From contig CAWJSJ010000001.1 in the NCBI GenBank assembly GCA_963845565.1, positions 864,001 through 928,000 of the forward strand: a DNA stretch of 64,000 nt. Direction: 5' to 3'. Made by a program: the position numbers and the translations under genes. Origin of the DNA: an uncultured Methylomirabilota bacterium. Lineage in GTDB: Bacteria; Methylomirabilota; Methylomirabilia; Methylomirabilales; 2-02-FULL-66-22. This document shows positions 1-10,170 of this stretch, piece after piece; within the stretch, counting starts at the first letter, position 1; each line of letters opens with the position of its first letter. Under the pieces are notes generated by a model. The model was not told where the DNA came from, did no database searches, and worked only from the letters and a program-made list of their open reading frames with translations.

Positions 1-2078
1 GCGTCGGGATCCCCCGGCACCATGGTGAGAACCATCCGATACGCCAACCGAGCCGCCGCCGGGACACCCCGCCCCTCCGCGGCGAGTCCCAACCCAACCA
101 GCGCACGGGCGTTCGCGGGATTCGCTCGAACCTCCGCTTCGAAGCCCTCGTACGCGTCGCCGTATCGTTCCGCGGCCAGCATGTCCCACGCGTCCGGAGG
201 GGCATCGGCCGTTATCGGCGGCGGGGGTCCGACGAGTTGGAGATGCCGGCCGATGTCCCACTTCTCCAGGAAAAGCCGCTTGTTCCGTTCCAGCACCTCG
301 CCGAAGGCGTCTCCTAGTTGCCCGAAGGTCTGGTGTCCCTCGTGATGCACCAGGACATCCTGCGCCCAGAGCAGTCGGTATCCCGCCATGCGAACACGAA
401 GGCAGTAGTCATCATCCTCGAGTTTGCCGAGGCCGAACCGCTCGTCGAAGAGCCCCACCATCTGAATGACATTTCGCGGGATGAGCACACAGAGTCCTGC
501 CAGCCGCTCGACTTCTACCGCCCGCCCCCGGTGAACGTGGGCGCGTTCCGCCGCAAATGCCAGGTACTCCTCGTGGGTCGTGTAGGGCGCGGTAATCTGC
601 TGGGACGACGTCGCGAAATTCGTCGCGGGTCCGACCAACCCTACACTCGGGTCGGTTCGCGCGTGCGCAAGTAACCTCGCGGCCCATCCGGGGGGGACCA
701 GCGTATCGTTGTGCAGCAGGAGGACGTACTCGCCGAGCGAAGCCAGAATGCCCCGATTGCACGCCGCAGGCACCCCGTGGTTCTGGGTGTGGGAGATGAC
801 GCGCAATCCCTCCTCCCGTGCCCACGCCGGCGTCCCGTCCGTGGACCCATTGTCCACGATGATGATCTCGTGTGGCGTTTCGGTGTGCCGCCGGATGCTG
901 GCGACGCATTGTCGCGTCAAGTCGAGCCTGTTGTGCGTCGGGATGACGATACTGACCTGCACACCCATGGCGCGCCCCATCTCGGAGGTGAACCTGTGGT
1001 CGCCGGCCTCTGCCCGCAGAACCGGCCCGCCCGCATTGCGCGCCGCGACCGGGACCGAGTTCGCCGGAGGCTCCCCGTTCGCTCGACGGATAACAACGCT
1101 CCCGCCTGCGCGATCGTCCCCCGACACGCTCGCCGCCGCAGCCTTCTGGCCCCGCCCGACGCTCGTTCGCTCCACCCCCTCGACCGGGTATTTGTCGTCC
1201 AATCGTGCGCCTCCGCAGACCGCGGAAAGGAGGTCGTCCATCCGGTGGGCGTAGGTGTGATGCGCCCGCACGTGCTCCATCCCGGTTTGCGCGATCCGCT
1301 CCCGCTCGTTTTCATCGTGAAGGAATTGCTGAATGAGGGCCGGCAGATCTTCGCCCCGCTGATAGGTCAACAGGTGTACGCCGGGGGTGAAGAGCAAGTC
1401 TTGCCCGTTCTCCGCCAAGTCGTTGGTGATCAATAGCGAACCGCAGGCCGCCGCCTCGAACACGCGTCGGTTGATGTTGTTGCGAACGGCGCAGTTGAAG
1501 ACCAGGCGGGAAGCGCTGTAGACGCGTGTCAGTTCGTCGCCATGCGCTTGGCCGACGAACGCCCGTGGAACGTGGCTTCGAATCCACTCCACCCACCGGG
1601 TTCGCTCTCCGTCTCCCGTACCCGTGCTCCCCACAAAACAGATATCGTACTCTTTGCCGACAAAGGGGATACGCCGATGGGTCTCGGGGTCGCACGCCAG
1701 CGGCAACCAGAATACGTTCGGGACTCCTTCTGCCCGCATCCGCGCCGCCTCGTCCCGCTGCGCGCAAAACGTCCAGTCCGCACCAGGGATTCGACCCCGT
1801 GGTCCCGCGAACTCCCGGTCGGTGCCGAGTGCCCAGGTGGCCATCGGACGCAGCGCCTCCGGCAGGTCGTATTCCCAGCCCTCGGCCACCAGGAGATAGA
1901 GGTCGTAGATCGGCGGAATGTCGGCAACCTCGTCGGGGAGAAAATGGGTGACCAGGCGGCCCTGCCGTTCCAGGGCGCGACGGCAATATTCCCCAATAGT
2001 GTCGGGGCGAGTCGTGTCGTCGTAGATGATCGCGATCTTTAGGTGTTGTTTGCCCGTCAAGACGGTGGGAGCCGGCAT
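1..2078 (-). CDS. Multi-domain glycosyltransferase (CgeB/GT-B-like + GT2 + TPR-like tail), truncated at window edge; probable flagellin glycosylation enzyme
   Basis: Missing from ORF track (no stop in window). Manual translation from ATG 2078 with GGAGGAGG RBS: WLPLACDP, YDICFVGS, RVFEAAACG, HHTYAHRM; then VSIVIPTHNR, IIVDNGSTDGT, LLHNDT, FDERFGLGKLEDDDYCLR, VHHEGHQTF; then a helical TPR-like tail. Confidence 0.85.
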   Translation of the reverse strand, partial: MPAPTVLTGKQHLKIAIIYDDTTRPDTIGEYCRRALERQGRLVTHFLPDEVADIPPIYDLYLLVAEGWEYDLPEALRPMATWALGTDREFAGPRGRIPGADWTFCAQRDEAARMRAEGVPNVFWLPLACDPETHRRIPFVGKEYDICFVGSTGTGDGERTRWVEWIRSHVPRAFVGQAHGDELTRVYSASRLVFNCAVRNNINRRVFEAAACGSLLITNDLAENGQDLLFTPGVHLLTYQRGEDLPALIQQFLHDENERERIAQTGMEHVRAHHTYAHRMDDLLSAVCGGARLDDKYPVEGVERTSVGRGQKAAAASVSGDDRAGGSVVIRRANGEPPANSVPVAARNAGGPVLRAEAGDHRFTSEMGRAMGVQVSIVIPTHNRLDLTRQCVASIRRHTETPHEIIIVDNGSTDGTPAWAREEGLRVISHTQNHGVPAACNRGILASLGEYVLLLHNDTLVPPGWAARLLAHARTDPSVGLVGPATNFATSSQQITAPYTTHEEYLAFAAERAHVHRGRAVEVERLAGLCVLIPRNVIQMVGLFDERFGLGKLEDDDYCLRVRMAGYRLLWAQDVLVHHEGHQTFGQLGDAFGEVLERNKRLFLEKWDIGRHLQLVGPPPPITADAPPDAWDMLAAERYGDAYEGFEAEVRANPANARALVGLGLAAEGRGVPAAARLAYRMVLTMVPGDPD

Positions 2079-2168
2079 GGTCGAAAGAGCCTCCTCCGGC
2101 GGCGCCGGGCTGGCATCCAAGTTTCACGGCATTCAAACGGGCGGACGCGCTGTTCGGGGAAGGAGAGG

Positions 2169-2183
2169 GCAAGGGGCGTGCCA
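2169..2183 (-). promoter_or_regulatory. sigma54 -24/-12 promoter for the glycosyltransferase
   Basis: TGGCAC-GCCCC-TTGC, exact TGGCAC-N5-TTGC consensus, with an AT-rich tract upstream. Confidence 0.8.
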
Positions 2184-2263
2184 CTCTGGCGAACAGATCG
2201 ATGAATTAATCGCAGTGTTTACAATACGTTACGGAGAGAAGAGAAAATTCTCTGGAGGGAAAT

Positions 2264-2278
2264 GGGCAGGTCTTGCCG
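2264..2278. promoter_or_regulatory. Putative enhancer-binding-protein site (UAS)
   Basis: GGGCAG-GTC-TTGCCG about 90 bp upstream of the sigma54 promoter; matches the palindrome upstream of flgF. Confidence 0.5.
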
Positions 2279-2279
2279 C

Positions 2280-2597
2280 TTACCCGGCACCGTTGGAGAC
2301 GCCCGATGCCGCCGGTGCGTCGCTGGGAGGCTCGGAAATCCCGCGCTTTAGGGCGGGGACGAGTCCTTGCCGGGCCCGCAGGGTGGCGCCCATGGCCGCC
2401 AATTCGTCCGCCCGGAGCGTCGCGGCCCGCTGGTTTTCCCGACGGATGCGCTCGAGCAGTTCCTGCCGGTGAATCGGAACCTCTCGGGGCGCCGACACAC
2501 CCAGGCTGACCTGGTCTCCCCGCACGGAGAGGATCGTCACCTCGACCGATTCGCCGATGAGCAGCCGCTCCCCCGGTTTCCGGCTTACTACCAGCAT
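2280..2597 (-). CDS. csrA: Carbon storage regulator CsrA with C-terminal extension
   Basis: [15 protein letters not shown]...[18 protein letters not shown]; next to fliW. Confidence 0.95.
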   Translation of the reverse strand: MLVVSRKPGERLLIGESVEVTILSVRGDQVSLGVSAPREVPIHRQELLERIRRENQRAATLRADELAAMGATLRARQGLVPALKRGISEPPSDAPAASGVSNGAG

Positions 2598-2607
2598 CGC
2601 GCAGTCC

Positions 2608-3126
2608 TTAGTCGGCGCCCAGGAGGTGCCGCAGGCTGTACGGGCTGTCGTGCAGCACGACCTGAAATCCCAACCGCCTGACGGGATTGATCAAGACCGG
2701 TCCGCGCAGATTGGCGTGCAACGTCAGGGTGTCCTGCGCCACGGCGCAGATCGCCAGGATCTCCAACGGCTGCCCGGGCTTGGCCTCCACCGCCTCCCGG
2801 GCGTCCGGCGGAATGGGCGGCGCGTACTCCGCCAGACACATGCGCGCAGGTAACACCGGAAATGCCACCCCGGGATCATCACAAGAGACGAGGAAGGTCA
2901 GTGGCTGCAGGGCTTCCGGCGCCACCACACAGAACTCGCGGAGCTCCTCGAAACCCAGGAGTCCGGACGAAAACGTGAGCACCTGGTCCGAAAACAGCTC
3001 CAGACGGCCAAATCGCCGGCTCTCGAGGATCCGTGGGGCGCTGCCGGCGCGCGCCTCGGACAACGTGTCGACGGCAAAGGAAACGACCGGACAGGTGTCC
3101 GCGGATGTCGCCGTAATCGGTGTCAT
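2608..3126 (-). CDS. fliW: Flagellar assembly factor FliW
   Basis: [26 protein letters not shown] motifs; flgL-fliW-csrA synteny. Confidence 0.93.
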   Translation of the reverse strand: MTPITATSADTCPVVSFAVDTLSEARAGSAPRILESRRFGRLELFSDQVLTFSSGLLGFEELREFCVVAPEALQPLTFLVSCDDPGVAFPVLPARMCLAEYAPPIPPDAREAVEAKPGQPLEILAICAVAQDTLTLHANLRGPVLINPVRRLGFQVVLHDSPYSLRHLLGAD

Positions 3127-4028
3127 CGTAGGTAGTCCACCAGGCTCGCCTTCATCGCCTTGGCGCCGGCGGCCAGCGAGGCGTCGAAGGCGTTTTGGAG
3201 TTTCTGGAGTTCCACGTACACCTCGGTGATGTTGGCGTCCTGCACTTTACTCCGGAGCGCCTCGACCCGCGTGAGGTCCTCCTGGTTGCGGGTTCGGATC
3301 GCCTCGAGACGTTGCACCGCGACGCCAACCACGCCCGACGCCGTGTTGACCTGGTCAATCCCTTGCGAGAGGGTGCCCATGGTGGCTGCGATACCTGCCG
3401 TGTCGTCGGCCGTCAAACTGTCGCGAAGGGTCGCCAGGGTGGCGAACAGGTCCACGGTACTGGTAAAGGCTTGGCCGCCCGGCAGGTTGGTCTGGACCAG
3501 GAACCCTGACGCCACCTCCGCGTTCACCAAACCGTTGATCCCCACCGGGTTGGCCGTGACGGCGGTGATCCGACCGGTCGCATCCCGCGTCGCGGCATAG
3601 GGAGCCGTGCCGGTCTGGGTTCCGCCGAAGATGTACCGGTCCCGGAAACGGGAATTTGCCTGCGAGAGGAGCTCTTCCAGGAGTTCGTTCACCTCTTCGG
3701 CCAGAGGGCCGCGGCTCCCGGACATGATGTCGCTGCTTCCCCGGACGGCCACTTCCCGAGTTTGCTGCAGGATCTCCGTCACCCGCTCCAGGGGCGTCGC
3801 GGTACTCCGCAACGCCTCTTGCGCCGCGTCGGTGGCACGCTGGAAACCCTGCAACCCCTCCTTGGTCGCCTGGAACCGCATCACCAGCCCGCTGCCCAAG
3901 GGATCGTCGGAGGCCCGATTGATCCGCTTCGTGCTCGCCAACTGCTCCTGCGCTTTCGCCAGCCGCCCCAAGCTCCCGGTGATGTTTCCCAAGACCTGGG
4001 TTGCCACCATGTTCTGGGTGATTCGCAT
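3123..4028 (-). CDS. flgL: Hook-associated protein 3 FlgL
   Basis: MRITQNM, LASTKRINRASDDP, RYIFGG, SLVDYLR. Confidence 0.95.
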   Translation of the reverse strand: MRITQNMVATQVLGNITGSLGRLAKAQEQLASTKRINRASDDPLGSGLVMRFQATKEGLQGFQRATDAAQEALRSTATPLERVTEILQQTREVAVRGSSDIMSGSRGPLAEEVNELLEELLSQANSRFRDRYIFGGTQTGTAPYAATRDATGRITAVTANPVGINGLVNAEVASGFLVQTNLPGGQAFTSTVDLFATLATLRDSLTADDTAGIAATMGTLSQGIDQVNTASGVVGVAVQRLEAIRTRNQEDLTRVEALRSKVQDANITEVYVELQKLQNAFDASLAAGAKAMKASLVDYLR

Positions 4029-4086
4029 AGCATCCTCTGAGACCGTTCAACGCCCGGGGCCGAGCGCCGAACGCTGAACGGCCCGA

Positions 4087-5793
4087 TTACCGCAGCAGCC
4101 CGTTTACGACGGTGTTGAGGAGTTCGTCCACAACCTGTACCAGTTTGGCCGACGCCTCGAAGGCCCGCTGGGCCTTGGTGAGCTCGATCATCTCCTCGTC
4201 CAGCGAGACCCCCGCCACCTGCTCGCGCTGGTTCTGGATGGTTCGCGTCACCAGTTCCTGGCTCTCGACCAAGCGATTGACGGCGGCCGTCCGCGCCCCC
4301 AGAACCCCGACGGTTTCCGCGTAGTAGTCGGTGAGGCTCGCGGCGCCTCCGCCGAGTACCTTCTTCTCGCTCAGGCCCGCCATCGCAAGGGCGGCTCGGT
4401 TATCCCCGGCGCCCACCAACCCCGTGGTCGGATCGGGGACCCCCGTTGACAGGAGATTCGGGTCCGTTTGGAGCGCGGCGTTCACATCGATGGTTCGGGC
4501 GTTGGTCCCGGTGAAGAACGCGTTGACCCCGAGCGCCGACAGAAGATTGCCGGTGTCCCCGGCAAACCGGACGCTCTGACCGGAGGTCGCATTGAGGTTC
4601 AGCGTTCCACCCGTCACGCTGGCCGAGAGGCCGGCAATCCCCCCGAATTGTGCGGCAAGGTCGTTCAGCGTCGTGGCGGCGGTGAGCGTGACCGTCCCCG
4701 ATCCGGTCACCGCGCCCGTCGCCGTGTCATAGGTGAACACGTTCATACTTCCGGGTATCGTGAGCGCAAACGGCAACCCGGCGGAGGACAGCGGGATGGC
4801 CGGATCCGTGACTTGATACTGGCTCGTGACCGACTGCAACCCCGCCCCGCCCGCCCCCGCGGCTTGGATCTGGTTGATCTGCTCGATGAGCGTCGAGGCG
4901 AGTGCGTCAAGCCTGGCCTCGGCGTACTTCACGTACCCGCTGCTGTCGTTCCGCGCCGTAAACAGCCCTCCGATTTCCCCCCCTCGCGCGCTGATCACCG
5001 TCCCGCCCAGCGTCAGGAGGTAGTCGTCGCTGGTCGTGGACAGGGACGCTCCCAGGGTAGCCACGGTGGTTCCATCCACCAGGACCCCGCCACCGCCAGA
5101 GAGGGAGACCAGGACCGTCCCGTCCGGCCGCGCGAAGCGAGAGATCCCGATGAGCGCCGACAACTTGTCCAGATCGTCATCCCGCCGATCCATTAAATCA
5201 TTGGGGGATCCCCCGGCAATCACGACGGCCTGGATCTGGTTGTTCAACTCGCCGATGTCTTGCAACAGATCATTGGCATCTCCGACGCGGCGGACGATCT
5301 CCGTTTCGATGTTGCGCTTGAGATCGGTGAGGCCGGTGCTCGCCCGGCGAAGATCACCGGCCAGAATATCGCCCTGCTCGACAGCGGCGCGCTTGGTCGT
5401 ATAATCCTCGGGATAGCTGGCCACGTCGCGTAACGCGTTAAAAAATCTGGAAAAGCTGGCCTGGAGGCCATCATCGGATGGCTCGCCGAGGAGCGATTCG
5501 ATTTGGCTCAGTGCCGATTGGGTGGCCTGGTGTTCGCCGAGCGCCTGCTGCGATCGAGCGTATTGCTGATCCAGAAACTGGTCCCGAAGCCGGCGGATCC
5601 CCGCCACCGTGACCCCGGTCCCGACCTGCCCGACGGGCAGGGTTTCCGGAGGCGAAGCGGTCAGGTCCACTCGCTGACGTGTGTATTCCGCCCGCCCCGC
5701 GTTGGCCACGTTGTTGGCCGTGGTCTGCAAGACCAGCTGGTTCGCAAAGAGCGCGGACTTGGCGACCCCCAGCGTTCCGAACAGGCCGCTCAT
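4087..5793 (-). CDS. flgK: Hook-associated protein 1 FlgK
   Basis: TTANNVANAGRAEYTRQRV, GVSLDEEMIEL, QRAFEASAK; start overlaps the flgN stop. Confidence 0.95.
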   Translation of the reverse strand: MSGLFGTLGVAKSALFANQLVLQTTANNVANAGRAEYTRQRVDLTASPPETLPVGQVGTGVTVAGIRRLRDQFLDQQYARSQQALGEHQATQSALSQIESLLGEPSDDGLQASFSRFFNALRDVASYPEDYTTKRAAVEQGDILAGDLRRASTGLTDLKRNIETEIVRRVGDANDLLQDIGELNNQIQAVVIAGGSPNDLMDRRDDDLDKLSALIGISRFARPDGTVLVSLSGGGGVLVDGTTVATLGASLSTTSDDYLLTLGGTVISARGGEIGGLFTARNDSSGYVKYAEARLDALASTLIEQINQIQAAGAGGAGLQSVTSQYQVTDPAIPLSSAGLPFALTIPGSMNVFTYDTATGAVTGSGTVTLTAATTLNDLAAQFGGIAGLSASVTGGTLNLNATSGQSVRFAGDTGNLLSALGVNAFFTGTNARTIDVNAALQTDPNLLSTGVPDPTTGLVGAGDNRAALAMAGLSEKKVLGGGAASLTDYYAETVGVLGARTAAVNRLVESQELVTRTIQNQREQVAGVSLDEEMIELTKAQRAFEASAKLVQVVDELLNTVVNGLLR

Positions 5794-6290
5794 GCTGTTT
5801 GATTGACTGCGGCGAGTGGACGGGCGTCTCCTTCGCACCGTCCCCCGGAATTATACGTCGGTCCGCTCGTCGCCACCGTGCGGAAGAGCGCCAGGGACCC
5901 GTGGACGAAATCAAGCGAGCGATCCAGAAGGGTGCGATTGACATCGTTGGCGGCCATCAGCAGGCCCACCGCCCCGCGGAACTCAACCAGCAGTACCTGG
6001 AGCGCCTCGCCGATCTCGCCGGGTGCCATCGAGACCACCCGGGCCAGGGTCATCCGTGAGCCCTCCTCGCCGCATTCCCGCGCCAGGCGCTCCAGGATTG
6101 ACAGCCGCGAAGCCCCCAACTGCGCCAGGTCTCGCGTGATCGTCTCCTTCCTGTGCACCAGCTCCGCCAGTCCGGCGAATTCCCCACGAACGATCCGCCC
6201 CCGCTCCTTGCGAACCACGGCGATCAGGCGACGATACTGGTCGATTTCCTGGCGAAGAGTCGTGGCCAGCTCGGCGAAGAGTGACTGCAT
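5790..6290 (-). CDS. flgN: Flagellar export chaperone FlgN
   Basis: Helical protein between flgM and flgK ending ...PTYNSGG. Confidence 0.85.
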   Translation of the reverse strand: MQSLFAELATTLRQEIDQYRRLIAVVRKERGRIVRGEFAGLAELVHRKETITRDLAQLGASRLSILERLARECGEEGSRMTLARVVSMAPGEIGEALQVLLVEFRGAVGLLMAANDVNRTLLDRSLDFVHGSLALFRTVATSGPTYNSGGRCEGDARPLAAVNQTA

Positions 6291-6405
6291 GGCGTTCTCC
6301 GTCTTTCTCGGGACCCCGGTCAACCTTTCGTGGGAGGGTCAGAGAGCCTCACCGGGTTCCCCAACCGGTCGGCCGCCCCGGCGGTAGTCGGACGGTACCC
6401 TTGAG

Positions 6406-6705
6406 TCAGGCGAACAGTCCCTCGCCCAACAACCGCTCGGCGATCTTCTCACCTGAAACGTGATAGGTGCCGTCTTTGATGGTTTGCTTTATGGATTCAA
6501 CCTTATCCATACGGATTTGCGGTGTGTTCTTCAGTGAGTCAGACGCCACGAGCAGGGCCCTTGCGCGATCGGAAAGCTCGACCCGGTCTCCCCCGAGTTT
6601 TCCGGTTGGGCCGGTTTTCGCGTTCGGATCCAGTTTTCCGCCTTGTACAGGTTGCGGCGTCTGCGCCAAACCCCGAGAGATTCCATCCTCGTTCCGAATC
6701 TTCAC
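6406..6705 (-). CDS. flgM: Anti-sigma28 factor FlgM
   Basis: DRVELS, RMDKVESIKQTIKDGTYHVSGEKIAERLL; GTG start after GGAGG. Confidence 0.93.
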   Translation of the reverse strand: MKIRNEDGISRGLAQTPQPVQGGKLDPNAKTGPTGKLGGDRVELSDRARALLVASDSLKNTPQIRMDKVESIKQTIKDGTYHVSGEKIAERLLGEGLFA

Positions 6706-6737
6706 CGGACCCTCCGTTCGGTATTGTGGTGCCCCTA

Positions 6738-7193
6738 TCAATCGAGGTATCGGTCATCCGCGGAAAGAACTTGAGGAGTTTCTTCGCGCGGTGTGCTATC
6801 CAGATTGGCCGGCCCAAGCCTTTCCATCTGGTCAATGTTTCTCGATGGTTGGATCGCCCCATCCTCCTCGCGTCGTCGGGAACCGGCTTCCGCCGCCTGG
6901 CGCAACGCCTGATCACGCAGCACCATCTGGGCCAGGCCGATGCCTCCGGCCCGCGCCATGCTCCGGCCGATCTCCTGGTCGAACATGTCCCGGTAGGTCT
7001 GGGTATCCGTCCCCTCCTTGAACAGCCCCCCACTCCCCACTGTTGATCGCATCGCCTTCATGAGCAATCCGAGGAACACTCCTTCCAGCTCTCGAGCCGT
7101 GTCCCGCAGCCGATCCGCCTCGGCGCCGGGTGTCGCGGCCTGAGATTTCGTCAGACGAGTCGCTTGAATGCCTAAAGGGAGTATCGGGTCCAC
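6738..7193 (-). CDS. flgJ: FlgJ, rod-binding domain only
   Basis: LRDTARELEGVFLGLLMKAMRST...YRDMFDQEI...GGIGLAQMV; no muramidase domain. Confidence 0.88.
   Translation of the reverse strand: MDPILPLGIQATRLTKSQAATPGAEADRLRDTARELEGVFLGLLMKAMRSTVGSGGLFKEGTDTQTYRDMFDQEIGRSMARAGGIGLAQMVLRDQALRQAAEAGSRRREEDGAIQPSRNIDQMERLGPANLDSTPREETPQVLSADDRYLD
6747..6774 (-). promoter_or_regulatory. sigma28 (FliA)-type promoter for flgM-flgN-flgK-flgL, inside the flgJ 3' end
   Basis: TCAAG-N15-ACCGATAC vs consensus TAAA(G)-N15-GCCGATAA. Confidence 0.6.
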
Positions 7194-7241
7194 TTGCTGT
7201 CCTCTTTACCTCGATCTCAACGCGCCACTGACCCAACCGCC

Positions 7242-8399
7242 CTAGATGATCTCCAGATCGGCCTGCAGGGCCCCGGCCTGCTTGATGGCCTGCAGGATGG
7301 AAATGAGATCTCGTGACGTGACACCCAAGACGTTCAGCGCTTGCACCAGATCCCCGATGCTGGCACCTTCCGGAATGACCGACAGGTTCCTTCTGTCCTC
7401 CTGGATGGCGACATCTCGCTGCGGCACGACGGCGGTCCTCCCGCGCGCAAACGGCGCGGGCTGGGAGACCTGGTAATCCGTCTTGATCTGCACACTCAGG
7501 TTCCCGTGGGCGATAGCAACCGTGGAAATGCGCACCTCGCTGCCCATGATGATCGTCCCGGTGCGCTCGTTGACGACCACCTTGGCCACGCGATCCGGCG
7601 TCACGCGCAGGTGCTCCAGCGTCGAGATGAGCCCCACGAGATCCTGGTCGGCCTGCACGACCACCCGGACCGTGGCCGCATCCTCCGCGCGGGCGCGGCC
7701 GACCCCCAACGAGCGGTTCACCGCCTCCGCAAGGCGACCTGCCGTGGTGAAGTCCGGGTTGTTCAGCAAGATGGCCAGCGTCTGGTTCTCCACCACGGTG
7801 GTCGGGACCTCGCGCTCGATGATGGCGCCGTTCGGGACGCGGCCCACCGTGGTGTGATTCTTTTGTACCTTGTCCCCGCCGCCCCCCGAGTCCACCCGGA
7901 ACCCACCAAGCGAGACGGGCCCCTGCGCGACGGCGTACACCTTGCCGTCCGCCGCTTGGAGAGGCGTGAGCAGCAGCAACCCCCCCTGGAGCGTGCTCGA
8001 GTCGCCGAGCGACGAGACGATGACGTCCAGCGTGGTCCCTGCCTTGGCAAACGGGGGGAGTTTGGCCGTCACCACGACCGCTGCGACGTTCTTCGCCGAG
8101 ATCCGGTCCCGCGGCACCGAAATCCCCAACCGTTGCAGCATGCTGGCAATGGACTGGGCGGTAAAGAGCGTCCCCGCCTTATCTCCGGTGCCGTTCAGAC
8201 CGATGACCAGCCCGTACCCGAGCAGTTCGTTCTCCCGAACGCCCTGGATCCGGGCGACGTCTTTCACCCGGACCTCGGACGCCTCGCCGCACACAGGGAC
8301 AAGGAAACAGAGCGCACCGATCAGGAACGCCGAGAGGCACACGAGTCGGATGGAGTAGTCGTCGACTGTCGGTCGCCGGTTCTTCATGGTTCCCATCAC
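7242..8399 (-). CDS. flgI: Flagellar P-ring protein FlgI
   Basis: VRVKDVARIQGVRENELLGYGLVIGLNGTGD, KNVAAVVVTA, VVNERTGTII. Confidence 0.97.
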   Translation of the reverse strand: MMGTMKNRRPTVDDYSIRLVCLSAFLIGALCFLVPVCGEASEVRVKDVARIQGVRENELLGYGLVIGLNGTGDKAGTLFTAQSIASMLQRLGISVPRDRISAKNVAAVVVTAKLPPFAKAGTTLDVIVSSLGDSSTLQGGLLLLTPLQAADGKVYAVAQGPVSLGGFRVDSGGGGDKVQKNHTTVGRVPNGAIIEREVPTTVVENQTLAILLNNPDFTTAGRLAEAVNRSLGVGRARAEDAATVRVVVQADQDLVGLISTLEHLRVTPDRVAKVVVNERTGTIIMGSEVRISTVAIAHGNLSVQIKTDYQVSQPAPFARGRTAVVPQRDVAIQEDRRNLSVIPEGASIGDLVQALNVLGVTSRDLISILQAIKQAGALQADLEII

Positions 8400-8413
8400 G
8401 CGTCCCCCGGTCC

Positions 8414-9004
8414 TTAGAAGATCCGGAAGATGTCGAAGAGACGCTGCAGAATCCCTGGCCGTTGCTTTTCCGCCAGGACGCCCTTCCCGAGGACCGTCAC
8501 CTCGGCGTCCGCAATCTGCGTGGACTGAACCGTATTGTCCGGTCCGATATCCTCGGGCCGGACCACGCCACTGAACGCCAGGGTCTGCGTCTCGTCGTTC
8601 ACCACGATCGCCCGGCGCCCCTCCACGACCAGCAAGCCGTTCTCCAACACCTTCACCACCCGCGCGGGGACCTGCGCCGTCACGCCGTCCTGGCGGGTGA
8701 TGTTTCCGTTGGCCTTCTGCTCGTTGTTGCCGGTAAAGTCGAATTGCCCCCTGCTGGGGGTGCTCCCGAACAGGTTCGCCAGATTGAACTTATTGAACGA
8801 CTCCTTCTTGAGGTTCGTCTCGGCCGTACGATTACTCGACGAGGACTCCGAAACGATGACCGTCACCAGATCGCCGAGCCGGGTGGCGCGCATATCGGTG
8901 AACAACACCCCGCGTGGCCCGTCGCGCCATAGCGAGTCGGCATTCGCGGCGGTCGCGACGACCAGCCAGCATAAACCGGTGAGGACCATCCACATCCATC
9001 GCAT
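8414..9004 (-). CDS. flgH: Flagellar L-ring protein FlgH
   Basis: DSLW, LFTDMRATRLGDLVTVIVSE, SGVVRPEDI, STQIADA; start at MRWMWM. Confidence 0.92.
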   Translation of the reverse strand: MRWMWMVLTGLCWLVVATAANADSLWRDGPRGVLFTDMRATRLGDLVTVIVSESSSSNRTAETNLKKESFNKFNLANLFGSTPSRGQFDFTGNNEQKANGNITRQDGVTAQVPARVVKVLENGLLVVEGRRAIVVNDETQTLAFSGVVRPEDIGPDNTVQSTQIADAEVTVLGKGVLAEKQRPGILQRLFDIFRIF

Positions 9005-9065
9005 CGATACCCCTCTCTCGTTCGCGATCGCGCGCATGGCGCCTGAACTCCTAACCTCGCTCGTC

Positions 9066-10115
9066 TTAGAAGGGAACCCGGACCGATCGTTCGGCGTCCA
9101 CCTGTCCGTACACCTCGCGATTCGAGTGGAGGTTCCGGACCCGGATGACCTGCCCCGCTTTTCCATCTTCCTTGGCCTCTCCCTGGGTCACCGCGCGGAG
9201 TCCACGCCCCTCCGTCGTGAGCAGGACGATGTCCCCGCGGTGGACCAGCGGAGGCTGGTCCACCAGCGACATCTGGATCGGCTCTCCGACCGCGATCCCC
9301 CGCACCGCTCGCAGGCCGACGACCGCGTCCACCACCCGCGCCGGGTCTTGGCCTGCTGTGAGTTCTCGCCGCTCCACCCGGAGGTCCTCCGGGTCCAGCC
9401 GCGCACCCCGAGTGATCGGGCGGGCCGCCACCACCACCTCGCTCTGCAGGCCGACGCGCACAGGGACGCTGAGCGACCGCGCCAGCGTCCCATCCACCCA
9501 CGCTTCGACCGTAACCGAGACGGAGCCGAGGATTTCCGCGCCGCCCCGCGTTCGCACCCTGAGCTCTACCTGTCCGGCGGGCACGACGAGCGTGGGGGGC
9601 GCCGCCCCCGTCGGCTGGATCGAGAGACGCGTCGCGTCTTCAGATCGCGCCGCCAAGAGATGTTCCCGAACCGCCGCCACCAAGTCCGCACCGCTGACCT
9701 GTTGGCTGGCGGTCGTCACGGAGATCACGGACGGTGCATCCAGGGCGAGCGTCCCGAGGTCCACATTGGCGAGCCGCAGTCGGGCCTTCAGATAGGCCAC
9801 ATCCAACGTCCGCGTCAGCCCCGGCAGCGGAGCGCGCCCCACCTCGATGGCCCGCAGTCTGTCCACCTGACCGCCATCCCGCCCGTGAATATCCGCGATG
9901 TCGCCCAACCGGATTTCCGGCCCACGCACCATGGACTCGACTCGCAGGCTGACCGTCATGGACGGGTCTCCCGCCATCCGATCAGATCGCGCGGCCCGGT
10001 CCGTCGCGCCCCTCGCCGCCACCGCGGCGACAAACAGGATGATCCCGATCACCAGTGCGGCGATCCCGATCCCGCGGCGTGCCCCGCCGTTTCTCGTCCG
10101 GTGTCTGTTTCTCAC
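9066..10115 (-). CDS. flgA: P-ring formation chaperone FlgA
   Basis: IRLGDIADI, SAF-like region, PPLVHRGDIV, GKAGQVIRVRNLHS; start uncertain. Confidence 0.9.
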   Translation of the reverse strand: MRNRHRTRNGGARRGIGIAALVIGIILFVAAVAARGATDRAARSDRMAGDPSMTVSLRVESMVRGPEIRLGDIADIHGRDGGQVDRLRAIEVGRAPLPGLTRTLDVAYLKARLRLANVDLGTLALDAPSVISVTTASQQVSGADLVAAVREHLLAARSEDATRLSIQPTGAAPPTLVVPAGQVELRVRTRGGAEILGSVSVTVEAWVDGTLARSLSVPVRVGLQSEVVVAARPITRGARLDPEDLRVERRELTAGQDPARVVDAVVGLRAVRGIAVGEPIQMSLVDQPPLVHRGDIVLLTTEGRGLRAVTQGEAKEDGKAGQVIRVRNLHSNREVYGQVDAERSVRVPF

Positions 10116-10170
10116 GCTGTGTCATCCTGGCCAGATCGCCGCGCGTCCCGCGACGGGTGGCAACCCCCGT

